Assembly (NCBI RefSeq): GCF_964204645.1
Contig: NC_134025.1
Location: 1,612,001-1,676,000, forward strand
DNA: 64,000 nt
Reading direction: 5' to 3'
Origin: Tubulanus polymorphus
Lineage: Eukaryota > Animalia > Nemertea
Shown here: in pieces, positions 1 through 15,814 of the stretch
Numbering within the stretch: the first letter of the stretch is position 1
Layout of the letters: the number at the start of each line of letters is the position of its first letter
The notes under the pieces: model-generated
Database searches by the model: none
What the model saw: only the letters and a program-made list of their open reading frames with translations
Told to the model about the DNA's origin: nothing
Made by a program: the position numbers and the translations under genes

Positions 1-55
1 TTTGTAAATTGATGCAAGTGATTTACGTTTAGTATTTTCGTTATCATTTGTTCAG

Positions 56-3000
56 GTTTTGGCAAATAATCATGCGGGTAGTGGAGAATTACGCTCTGAG
101 AAAATTTATTTGAAGGCTGGACGTAAGTATAGGTGTACTATTGAGTATGAGCCGTGCTGCAAACTACCCATATCAAACCGTCTCATAAATATCATGTCAT
201 ATCATCATTTACCAGACAGCCTCTCAGTTTTAATATTTAGTGTGTATTGTGAAGAAGGTACTTAATTTTCTTATGGTCATTCCTCCTGATGAACGTGTCA
301 ACAGCCAAAACAGTGTTGTTTTCGTTTTGATAAAGTTTTACCGTTTGAAATTCAATTGTGGGACTTATGTTGTATTTATATAGAATATATATGAACATAT
401 GAAATGATTTTTAGCCCAAAGAAACTAAAATTTCAAAGTCTTTCAGTCTCTTTATTTACTTCTATTTATGTCTATTTCTGCTGCTTTGCAATCGATCTTT
501 CGCATCTTTTAGAGTTTGATAGTTTTATCGTGCGATTTATTTTTTCAGCGCCGAAATTCACACTTACCCCTTCTGAAGTGGCAAAAAGGTTGAGGAGTCT
601 TCCAAATGATACTGTTGACGAAACAAAGCAAATACGAATTTCTATTTCGAAGGATCTTTTTAAGTCTGATTATGGAACAGTGAAATATATTGCGTTATTA
701 GTTGGAAACAAATGTACATTCATTTCAGTTCTGTTTATTACTCACAAACGCATTCAGTATTTTCATAAATGGTTTGTGACTTTTTTCCAGCTTTATCTCC
801 AGAAAACGGAACATTTGACAGCCTCGATAGCGCCACGAAAGATTTGTCAAAGAAAAAATGGAATGATTTCACGAGAGGTTTTACTCACATATATCAACCT
901 TTTGAATCCATGGACTGGGATAAAGGTACATAGTTGATTATGAAAATTGTATGAAAAACTGCACAAATATTAGTGATTTATTTCGTGGTTTACTTTTGAA
1001 AATAGATGACAAACGAAAAAAGCGTGAAGCCAACGCAGTGTATTACGTTATAGGGAAAAATGACGCGTGTAAAGTCGAAATAAACTCGTATTGTAACGGA
1101 CCTTTAAAACCAGATACAAAATACTGGTAGGTAGTTTTGTTGAATCATTGATCATTCAATTTCACCATTGTAGCTTGAATTGTGGTTGATCAAGTTTTCG
1201 TAAGTCTGATAAAATGTCTAATTTTTTTGTAGTTCATTTTCAGGGTCCAGCCTACTTTATGGAGTACAGTAGTAAATTGATATATATGTAATCACTGATC
1301 TGATATGTGAATATTTGTGAATATTTCAGGATTGCGGTCCGAGGTTTCACGGCAAATGGATATCGGGATACACCGAGTGTAGAATTTAAAACGAGTAAGT
1401 TATTATCCATTAAAAGCCTTTTGTTAACAATGAAAATAGATCCAAATGTTTCACCAATGTAAATCTGTCCGTTTTCAAGGTCCATCTTTTCCCATTGTAT
1501 CTGTGGTTGTATCTGTTGTTGTGGTTGTCGTTGTCATCGTTGTGATTGTTGCCGTTGTTTTGATCTGGCGTAGAAGGTAAAATTAACTTCATCGGTCACT
1601 GTTATCTGTATAGTGAGCTATTTTCACTTGTCTCTAAAACGAATTTTTGTTTTGTAGGAGGACCCCAAAACAGCCGTAAGTAGTAATTCTCTATCTATAT
1701 TATGTATATTTCAAGTAAATGTCTTGTAAACCTAAGGCAGGTGAAAGTTGCCTGGACACAACGCCAACAGACACCGGCCTTTATTCACAACCTTGAAGTC
1801 GAAACCTGTTTTTAGTATTTTTAATAAAACCATGCGTACTTTTTTACAGGAAACCAGGAAAACAGTAAGTGCCAGTCGCTGAAATATTATTTCGCTTTTA
1901 GTCGTAACTTCTGATTCTCTCAATATTAGATTTATTTCCAACCGCTTTTTTCAATGATTCTAATCAATATTTACTAACAGAAAAACTATTGATTTTAGAA
2001 ATGGCAAATCAAAACCGCTTCCTGTTGATGAGTACGTAATCATTAATAACAATTCATGAAGTACGCACGCATCCGGAGGGGGTAAAACATTTATACAAAA
2101 TTGGTCACTTCTTCCAATGTACATTATATAGAAATTAACTCTGTTCATGGGAGGTTGAGAGTTTTGTGTGCGTACTTCATAGACGACCCCTAATTACAAT
2201 CTATGTATCATTGTGGTGAGGTTAATTGAAACTTTTGTATTTTATGTATTTTGTAGCGGACAGGATAATCATGGTTGCCGGACGGGATCTATACATGAAC
2301 TTCCCGAGCTTTCTGAACCAAGGTATTGTATAATATAATATATATATATATACCGTTATTCCTGCTGCAATATATCCAATTTCATCAACCGTGTGTTTAT
2401 ACGTTAAACAGGCCTGTTCCTGTTGATCAGTTTGTGAAAAAAGTTGAGAAAATGCGTCGTGATGCTGACCTATTGTTTTTACAAGAATATGAGGTATTAG
2501 AGAAATAAATTGATGATGGCAGTACATAGGCCTATACTCTGCTCAAGTCTGGTTTTTTAAAAATTTTTTAACTTGAGAGTGATATCTGAGTTTGATGATA
2601 CAGTAGAGTCCGCTCAATTTGAAGCTTCTAAGATGCATGTACCGATAGTAAAAATATCTTTGACATGAGAGTGATATCAGAGTAAAACTGTGAATCTCCA
2701 AGTTGATTGGAGTCTACGTCTACTATTTATTCTACGGTAGTGTAACCCGTCATACATATCTTATAGTTGCTCGAACACGCGAGTCCAAAACATCATCCGA
2801 CAAGTGCCGCATTGGATCCTGCAAATTACAGACTGAAAAACCGTTACACAAATATATTACCATGTAAGGTGAATTCATTGATTTAGAATGAATTTAAGAT
2901 TTGACGAAATCATTGTTTGATTCTCGATTATTTTGTTAGTCGATCATTCACGTGTGGTGATTGGACCGTATTTGGAAGAAGATGAAACTGAAACTGATTA

Positions 3001-5714
3001 CATCAATGCGAACTGGATCCCAGTAAGTTTGAATAGTAACGAAAATAGTACTTAACTATTGATTGTAATTTATCGCATTGATTCCGTTTAATATACATGA
3101 TCTGTACTTTAGGGGAATAAAAGTGACTATGAATTCATAGCATGTCAAGGTCCGACGAACAAAACTGCCACAAATGACGACACGGTGAAAGATTTTTGGA
3201 GAATGATCTGGGAAAAAGATGTCAATACGATCGTAATGGTTACGCGATTACGCGAACAGAAGGCTGGAGGTGGTGAAGCTGTAAGTATCCGTTCGATGAA
3301 CTTTCATTCAGATTTTTCTGCCACCGCAAGTTCGATAATAAAACTGACTGTTATTGTAATATACAGGTAAAGTGCGCGATGTACTGGCCTCAGGATTTAG
3401 AACCGGTCGATTACGGTGAAATTATCGTCAAACTCGATTCAGAATCATTCGTTGAAGATTATGTGATAAGAATCCTCGAATTATCACAGGTAAGTTTTGA
3501 TTTCACAATTAGAAATAGTCAGAAACGTTTCCTTATGAGCAAGTAGTTTATTTCAATTAGTATTTCGGAAGACCACTACTAGGATATAGTCAAAACGTTT
3601 AATGAACTATTAACTTAAGGAAACATTTCGGATTCTTTTTATTCTTATTGTGAGATTGTGTTTTGTTACAACACGGACTCAGGGTGTTTAGTGAATGGTC
3701 ATACGTTTCGAGTTATCATCACAAAATATGTTCGAGGGGCTGGTTTTATAGACTGGTGTTATCTTAAACCCGGGGCTTACTCAATTGAAAATGAATTGAG
3801 TTAAGTTAACACCAGTCTATAAAACCAGGCCCAGTAGTTTTGAAGTCATTTTCACTGTGAACATTTGGAGTCAAATCTAACCCCAAGAACTGTGGAACTG
3901 TGTCCCAGTTCCTCAGTGATACTCGGTAGCAATCATGTTGAAACATCAAAATAAAGTTTAGTTTTGTTTCGATTATCAGTTTTTCTCATAGAATTGTTGC
4001 ATGTCATCGCGCATGTTATAACTACATCTGTCATCAAACTGTGATTCTTAGTGATGTTGTTTTTTTGCATGTATTGAATTTATTTTCATTCTCTTTCCGC
4101 AGCCGAATAATGAACCAGATTTGGTGAGACACTGAGCCGTTTTAAAAAAGCTTCTCATAACAAATTCAGCTTCGAAGATTTTAATCAATTTTTTTTCCCT
4201 CATTTTTATTATTAGCCCATTTTTTTGCTTTTCATCATTTATACCATCTGTAGATTTTTGGGGAATCAAATGACCATGCGTAGAGTTTTTCAGAGTATTT
4301 TTCAATTCAAATTACATTTGTACGAATTATTTAATCAGAATTAAATCATATATAGCTGTCTGTCTTCATTCACTACAGATATATAAACATGCACAAAATC
4401 CAGCTGCTGATTTTCACCTGAAGTTTCATATCTTAATTCATCATTTCAATTAAGCTTATACATGTATATTTTCAGCCATCTGGAGGAACAGGAAACGTTC
4501 GCACAGTGGTTCAATTTCATCTGATGTCGTGGATGGATTTCCAGGCTATGAACCCGAGTTCGTTACTCAATTTCATTCAAGTAATCAAGAGACACATCGC
4601 TTCCATTCCTAAAGCACCGCTCGTTGTTCATTGCAGGTAAATGTTCTCGAAACTTAAATCATCAAGTTTTTTCTGAACAGTTGATGTTCATATATTGAAA
4701 GATGTAGTTTTGTAATTTCAGCGCCGGTGTCGGTAGAACTGGTAGTTTTATTTGTATCGAACGTATTTTAGATCAGATCAATAACGGTGCAAAAACGATA
4801 TCAGTTTATCATACTCTTATGGAACTCCGTAATAGCAGGAAACACATGGTGCAAGGACTTGTAAGTGAAATTCATCATAGTATTCCATCTTCTCCTGTGT
4901 CTCCTCTTCCCATCCTTGTCTATGTCCCTCTTCTTCCTCTCTCTCAATCCCCCTCCCATCTTTGTCTCTATACTTCTCCCCATTCTCTCTGTCTACTTTC
5001 CCTATCATCCTCTCTCTGTCTGTCTCTCACCCCATCTTCCCGTTCTACGCCCCTCTCCATCTAGTCTAACTTCATTTCACCAAGAACCTGGGTACTCTAC
5101 GAGCTCGTAGAGTGGAAACAACCACTGCGGGTGAAATCTTCATCTCTGTGCTCCTCTACCCTTTCTTTGAAACATTTATGATCGTGTTTTTTCAGAAACA
5201 ATACAAATTGATACATGATGTAATCGCTGCTGCTATTGAAGGCGGATGGGTGACGAACAAATACCTTAAACCAGACAATAACAATCGTAAGTATTAAAAT
5301 ATCTAAAATTTTGGTAAAGAGTCGAATGAACATTAAACTCACAGCAAAATCATAATCACATTCAATGGGTGTGACAGCAAAGCATTTAGAATATATCGAG
5401 GGTTTATGAGGCACCCTAGCGAATAAATGTGAGTTTTGTTTAGGTTGGCATGATTTAATGTGTATGGCCTCCTTGATTGAACATTCTAAATCACTATTTC
5501 CACGGTCCAAAATAGAAAATAATGATGGGTTGTAGTAATTAATGTGGGACTTTTTACATGCTGATAAATGGTCATGAATTGTTGAAGATGTAGTGTTAAA
5601 ATGTCTAATCAGCTCAATAATCAAATGAGTTTTCATTCATGGAAGAATTATATTTCTCTTATTTCAGGAAAATCAAGAAACATTGCCAATGAAACAGAGT
5701 TAACAGCGGTGTGA
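56..5714 (+). CDS. Receptor-type protein tyrosine phosphatase, R3-like (FN3 ectodomain end, TM, single PTP domain); 5'-partial, 19 exons
   Basis: Hand-spliced GT-AG exons with consistent phases: 56-122, 549-713, 791-925, 1006-1126, 1330-1394, 1480-1576, 1658-1675, 1850-1864, 1999-2031, 2257-2322, 2412-2493, 2767-2863, 2940-3022, 3113-3280, 3367-3489, 4476-4636, 4722-4860, 5196-5286, 5668-5714(TGA). Translation shows the membrane-proximal CNGPLKPDTKY motif, a Val-rich TM followed by WRRR, then KNRYTNILP, DYINAN, FIACQGP, DFWRMIWE, IVMVT, KCAMYWP, VVHCSAGVGRTG and MVQ..QY, ending ETELTAV*. Confidence 0.93.
3522..3629. mobile_element. Short dispersed element with imperfect inverted arms and a decayed hammerhead-like core (family also at ~14440-14545 and, reversed, ~31023-31070)
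   Basis: Arms GAAACGTTTCCTTA...TAAGGAAACATTTC. The segment c(t/g)gaaga-(t/c)(g/c)acta..ggat..agtc-(a/t)aaac..aacta(c/t)taact(c/t)aaggaaacatt recurs at 14459-14520, and as a reverse complement near 31023-31066. Confidence 0.5.
3736..3832. mobile_element. Palindromic MITE, family A (PTP intron)
   Basis: Terminal inverted repeats GGGCTGGTTTTATAGACTGGTGTTA ... TAACACCAGTCTATAAAACCAGGCCC; second copy at 52636-52751. Confidence 0.75.
5400..5636 (-). mobile_element. Penelope-like element remnant (C-terminal part of GIY-YIG endonuclease) in the last PTP intron
   Basis: Minus frame reads ...SSTIHDHLSAC...FSILDRGNSDLECSIKEAIHIKSCQPKQN, resembling the S-x-I-x-x-H ... F-x-I-L ... I-K-E-A-I-H-I ... P-x-L-N tail of Penelope GIY-YIG domains. 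No RT portion is visible. Confidence 0.6.
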
Positions 5715-7098
5715 TTGATAAACGAAACATCGAATAACATTCCACGTGAAGAATATTTATTGCTTCAATTGAGTCCACGCTTCAGTAAACTGATATTATT
5801 GTTCTACATTGTAGAACTGAATGAGAACAACCTACATTCCAAACTGGCACAAACAGTTTCATAATCTATAAACGTATTTTTCCTGAAATGCATGTGATAT
5901 CGATTGAGTAAAATGAGAGATAGCTCGAGCTGGAGCTGGTTCTGGACCGCAGAAGCCAGTTTCAGATTGAAGTGAATTAATTTTATTCTCTCTACGCTAG
6001 CCAAACTCAACTGGTAACTGTGGAATTGGCTCAAGTTACGCAGTTGTTGGATAGGATTTCATTCTTCGAATTTAAACATTTGAAATGAATTTATTTTGAT
6101 TCTGTTCAGATCAAAAGCCATGTTTGGTAATGCATTTCTGGTGTGTAGATATTTGGTCCACGTATTAACAGCAATTATATATTATTTATATTGATCTGTC
6201 TCTTCATTCAATCAATGCATTACTCGACACATAGCCTCATATTTATTTATATATATTTTGATAAATATTATTGATATAAGCCAGAAAATGGACAAAAAAC
6301 TGCTGTTACTAATGTAATGAACAGATTGGGATATTGACATGCATTTTTTTAGTGAAATATCGAATGGTGCTTCATTCTTCTATGTAAAAGTTTGATGATA
6401 TTTTATTTGATAATCAAAATTTCTGTTGAGAGTAAAGTCAGCGACTATAGAAAAACCGTCTAATGGTCATGCTTGTGACTTTAGTCTACAGACCGCATTG
6501 TGATTGACGTCATATTTCGTCTAGCCGTTAGTTGGAGACCCAACCATACATAACTATAGTAGATAAATGGAGGATTTGTAAATTTCTCGACGCCCAATAC
6601 CACGAATAGCCTCCACTTGAATTACCTCCATTTCATGCATAATTTCTGTAAATGGGAATTCCCTCATTTTCGGTAGGAATTCCCCACCTTTGTTTGTAAT
6701 AGTTATGAATTATGAGATTCGATAAAGTTCGTGTTCATTTTGTTTTTGTAAAATAAACAAGTTTTATATATTTTGTTCCATACAAATTCTTTTTGATAAT
6801 TAGATTTAAGTTCGTTTTTGTAATGAGAACATTTGAATAAGTTGTGATATTCTAGTGCAATTGGTGTCAAGTCTTTGTAGAATAATGCCAATTATTTCGC
6901 TCAATGTAAGTTATTTTGATAGTAACGTTCTTTTTCTATTACTTTGTGTGGTATGACGTGATTGGAGCAAAGCGATGTAATTACATTGTAAAATTTGTTG
7001 TTAACAGTTTTCACATTGCCCTGTACTTACTACATACAGTTTGTACGTTATCCATTGTTCAGTTGCTATATATTTTGCTACGAATCATTATTGAGTAA

Positions 7099-7104
7099 AA
7101 TAAA
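7099..7104 (+). terminator. Candidate poly(A) signal of the PTP gene
   Basis: AATAAA followed by T/GT-rich sequence (7128-7158), ~1.4 kb after the stop codon. Confidence 0.45.
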
Positions 7105-7668
7105 AATACATTTTATATGAAAATAATTATTGTTTTTCTCTCACGCTGTTGTTGTTGGAAAGGTTTATGTCGCGTCGACCGAAACTCTTTTGTGTTGTCG
7201 ACATCGTGTTACTAAATACAGAATGTGATTGAAAGGGAGGCTGCGCGTGAGTCTGGGAAACTTCTGAACTCCTTAACACTGCGTATAGACGTATCTAGTA
7301 AAAAAGAATCATCTGATCGAAAATCGGTACTTTCTACTTTAATCATATATTTTTCTAATACTGATGTCGTTGTCAAAGAAGTTTTGTGGCACGCCTACCG
7401 GCACGAAACAGTTCAAATTGCATTCGGTTAATTTAAGGCGTTTCCACAACTTTTTGGGCGTTTCCTGTTGCTTCCGGCTGAAGAGTTTACGCGTCCAGAG
7501 TTTTCTCCTTGAAAAATGTCTTAAGCCACAGGCGAAACATTTTACACATTACGGCATCGTCATTTTTGAGAATACATAAAAGGTGGCATTGATTTTGAAA
7601 TGACCGGCATGAAAATACACAAACTTCACAGACACTTGTAAATCACGATGCAAGTTGTGAATCATAAA

Positions 7669-7930
7669 ATGATATCAGTTTATCAAACTCTTATGGAACT
7701 CCGCAATAATGGGAAACGCTTGTTGCAAGGTGTTGTAAGAGAAATTCATACTATTCCTTCTCCGCTTCCACTCCCTATCTCTCCCTCTTCTCGTCCTCGC
7801 CGCTGTCATTCCCCTTTCCTTATTTCCATCTTGCTCGTTAGTTGGTCATATCTCTACCCTCTTCACATCTCTCTTGCTCTAACTCCCCCATATCTCCCTG
7901 TGCTCTCTCCCATCTCACTCCCCACTCCTT
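7669..7930 (+). pseudogene. Diverged partial duplicate of the PTP Q-loop exon 3' half plus the following pyrimidine-rich intron
   Basis: gatatcagtttatcaaactcttatggaactccgcaataatgggaaacgcttgttgcaaggtgttgtaagagaaattcat aligns to 4797-4878 (ISVYQTLMELRNNGKRLLQGV vs ISVYHTLMELRNSRKHMVQGL), followed by a similar CT-rich tract. It lacks the SAGVGRTG half and the exon's acceptor. Confidence 0.8.
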
Positions 7931-8039
7931 CATCTCACTCTCTTATCAAGTAAATCATGATCATGGAATTTCTGCGACTCCGATCCAATATTTCCGTCCG
8001 TCCTCTAACGAAATTATCAGCGTCAAATAAAGTAACAAG

Positions 8040-11026
8040 TACAAATAAATGATTTATTGATAGTGTCATGTATTTTATACAAATTATTTTCAATCACATA
8101 AGACACAAACATCTAACTCGGTTTAAGCTTGGCTTAAACATATATAATATCTATTTTATATCTAAGTGTACAAAACCGGCCGGGTGCAAAATGACCAAAT
8201 TGGAAACAACATTATCAAAACACATGTTAATATGTACAACAACATCGGCAAGACTTGGATAAACAAATCGTAATATTTGCCCATTTAAAGCATAATCTAT
8301 CCAAGGCTTTTTACAACAACTAACCAATCGACTGGAACAATGTACTTTAATCAGTTCAACAATTTTTATATCTAATTGGAAAATTTGCTTCCGCGACTAA
8401 ATTCTACTTATCAGTATCAAATATGAGCCCGTTGACGTTCATACGTCTCGAGGAAGTTCATTTTCCGAGAACAATAAAACATCTGGATCGGAGTGAAATT
8501 ATATAACAACAATTCTAATCATCCCGATGTAGGGCGAGAACTTTAAAAGTTCCCCCACAACGTATGTTTTAATCATAGAAAAGTATAGTGCACATCCCTG
8601 GTCCAATCATTAAACTGACGGGATAGAAACATTGCTCTGCTAAATGACTCCATTTATCATCAACTCAACCCAGTTTTTTGCCCTCAGTTTAACGACCGTA
8701 TTGATCATTGTTTCGCAATAGTAAATAGTTAATTCTTTCGTCATTCGCTTAATCCAACTTTCAATCGTTCCTGACCATAACACGCTTCAGTGAACAACAG
8801 CACCGAAGATACTGCTGTCAAAATACATGCTAATCTCGATAATCTTCATGATATAAAACGCATCATTTCTGTCACCACGATCCGCCTTTTCGGGTGGCGA
8901 CACACCGGGTTCGAAATCTCACACAGATTTTCAAGAGTAACGAATATAATGTTTGTTACTGTGAACTGAAGATCAACGTAGGTCATTCAATCTGGAACGT
9001 TGGACACTTCATTCGTTTGTGTATTACATAATATTGAATTCAGCAAGTATAAACATATTATAACTGTTCATTCTAAAAGTATACGACATCTAAATCTCAT
9101 GTATTTACACAATATCCCATATTCGTACATATACACGTACAGTGAACCATCAATATCTAAACGATTTTCATAAAATATCCAACGACTTGATCAACAATTC
9201 ACCACAATCATCACAATCTCCTTCAAACAAATACGGCACAACGTATTGATCTAAAATCAAGTCTTTTTCTCCAAGACGAAATAAAATGTTCAGTATGCAA
9301 ACAGCAAGAGACGTCGTGCGTCGTATAAATGAAATGATGAAATAACTATAGTATATGCAATTATAATCAAAATTTCTAATTTCACGAACATTCGATTGAA
9401 TCTCCATCATCAAGACATTGAAATCTAACAAAAAAGCGCCGCACTGATAATGCATGACTGTCACGGTTACATATTTCTACATTTGGAAAAGCGGGATATA
9501 TCATACAAACCGTTTCATCTTAAACACTAAACGAACGGCTTGGATAAACAATATTTTGGCAGTGGATATAGCACTGTAGTTTTTCAATATTCATCACTAC
9601 ATAATAGAGACTTTCCAATACAAATCTACGATATAGAAATCAATTACTGAAACACCTTTAAACAACAGGAATATCGGACTAAATTCTCAACGGGTTTTCA
9701 CCCACTGCGTATTTAAAAACATCGGTACCTTCGAAATAAATCTAAATTCAGTTATAGGTTTTCAATGGTTTACTGATCCGTCAGAAACAGCAAGATAAAT
9801 AATCGATCGTCACAGGCTCATATCTAGAGAACAAACTTTACAAATTACGAATGAATCTATCAAATAATCTATGATAAAAGTATTGCCTTGTATTACGATA
9901 GGTTACATTCGCGTGATTTACAATCAACTGATTTCACATAATCAAAACTCATCTTTTAATTCGTGAACTGTTTTAAATGCTACATGTTTGAATTGATTTC
10001 TAATTGTGCGCATGTTAGTTTGAAAACGACAATTATCAGTATCATTATTGTATTGAACCTCGTTATCTACATTCTATCATTCATAATGAATCTTACATTG
10101 ACCGAAAACAATCGCGAACTTTCTTACGCAATATTCACAATCAGAGGTCAATATTTCGGAAAAATATCCGATTGATTCTATCGCTTCTGTTCATTAAATT
10201 TCACCGACTAGGTCTAGTAGACTTTTCATATTCCGTAATACCAAATCTATTTTTTAGAAAAAATCCTGAAGTGTTTATGAAAAATCCTTAATTTGTGTTA
10301 GAAATCGGGTTCGGGACTGATGTTAAAATATTTCAGCAGTTACACATTCATAGAACGTTCCGTCATTGATTCTGGAAGTTTGAATTCAAATCATAAGTAT
10401 TTACAGCAGTATTATTTACACACACACAAAATATATATATATATATGTATAAATAAATGTTAATTTACAAACATTATTATTATTATCGATAACAATATAT
10501 AATCGTTAATTTCACGTTGATAACATCAGTTATGACCATAATCAATATAGCGATAATATAACAACATCATGAACGATACGTACAGTGAGCAATATTCTAA
10601 CAGTGACCGGGAAATTGAAGAAAAAACAATAGCGACGAATTATCTTTGAAATAAACATCGATTTAGATTGGATTCCGATCCCTGGCACGCGAGTAAATAA
10701 CATCATAGTTCACGACCCACGTAGTCGTGTGAACGTTTCGGAGTTATCCATTCAGATATTCGGTTTACGATACGTATATATAATATGGCGGTGTTGATTT
10801 GACTATAATGTTTAGATATATCGGAGGGAACGACGCGCAGTGCTATCATTATGATTCTCGTTATACGCAAAAAACACATTTCTATTCATAAATAACATCT
10901 TTTCTTTAAACGAACAACGTCCAAATCAATGAGTCATGAGCGTTTTATTTTATACGAAATAAAATGGATGAGAATTGTTCTTAATGTTGATGACTGTAAT
11001 GGCTGTTATACGCGCGTATTATTATC
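8040..11026 (-). other. Probable long 3'UTR of NR4A with distal and proximal poly(A) signals
   Basis: No ORF and very AT-rich. Minus-strand AATAAA at 8058-8053 is followed by T/GT-rich sequence; a second AATAAA lies at 10949-10944. Four Pumilio-type TGTAHATA motifs occur on the minus strand. Confidence 0.55.
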
Positions 11027-14591
<3,565 letters not shown>

Positions 14592-14847
14592 ATCTTGTTG
14601 ACTAGCAGTAGTAGTAGGTATTGGTGTGTGAGATACCGATTTCGTCACGTATTCAGAACTAGTCGTACTCAAAGATGAAGGTGATTGAGGAATATCTGGC
14701 GAAACGGCTGAAAAGAGAAGATAAACGAAAATATTTAGACTAGAATTAAGTCGTCAATGAATATACGAATCATCGAAAGTTTGAGATTCAATTCATCAAA
14801 CTTTCGGTTTAGATATATCAGTCAGTTCCACCGTTATTCCTGCTTAC

Positions 14848-15216
14848 CGAGATCATTCGGTTTCAAAAACATTCGAATTTCCTATAAAATTCAAAACGCT
14901 AAGAAATATATTTACTACTAGCGAAAGAGCAAAATCTGTGTCGACGAGTTTCATCGTTCGAAACGTTGTGATAAACTCGGAACAATGCTCGCACAAATAT
15001 ATATCGCATCCAGTCGCAAGAATAGTTCGTCAACGCTCGTACATTCACGCAATAGCTACTGGAATTTTGTGACACCGTTACATCTCATATGTCGAACTCC
15101 TACGTAAAATCGGCGAAACTGTGAATGAAACTAACAACGGCTCAGCATCAACGTTAAGACGTCATAGTTTAATTCATCTGATCGTAGTAACGTATAACGC
15201 TGTGTATATGACGTCA
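14848..15216 (-). promoter_or_regulatory. NR4A candidate promoter / first exon P1 (coding; adds 47 aa)
   Basis: ATG at 14872, MFLKPNDL, then phase-1 donor G|GTAAGC at 14848/14847. It joins acceptor TTTCAG|14707 in an open frame to MLVLQSP. CRE TGACGTCA at 15209-15216. Confidence 0.5.
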
Positions 15217-15814
15217 CGACCGTATCCTGTTGACAACTTTAAACCATTTATAAATTATAACAAACACTTATTTACGGTAACAGTGCGCGTTGCGCGTTGA
15301 TTTTCTTTATATTTTAACCGCATATATAAAACATAATAACCTACCCTTAAAACACTTTTGAAAATCAACGAGGACTTAATCGCATCTCGTGCATTCAAAA
15401 TTTCAATATCTAGGATTTTAATGATGTAATTGTGACATAAAGACTCTAAAAAATAGGCTTAGATAAATTGATTCGCATGCCAACGAAAATACACGTACTT
15501 TTTATACCAATTAATACGTAAAATAGGAAAGTACTCCCTCCTTAGCTAATCATTTAGAAACATCTGGTGAAATTGTAGTACCAAACATACTTGTGAAATA
15601 TGCTCGCATCAACCAATTATAATTTGAAGTAGTGTAAAGTAGCTTCTGGTATCAATTATTAGAAGTGACAGCAAATTGAGAACATGTGTCATATTTAGAA
15701 TCAAGGACCATTAAGTTCATTATGTTCAATATTGTAGTAAAATAACTACTTAGAAATTATCGCGTTTTTGTTTGAGCTAAAAACGACAGCAGAAATATCA
15801 CGATTATTACTTAC

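Noticed and set aside
1440-1479. Upstream acceptor (1439) for the PTP TM exon
   Set aside because: Introduces an in-frame TAA; the acceptor at 1479 keeps the frame.
4801-5110. Four overlapping short ORFs
   Set aside because: Artefacts of the stop-poor CT-rich intron after the PTP Q-loop exon.
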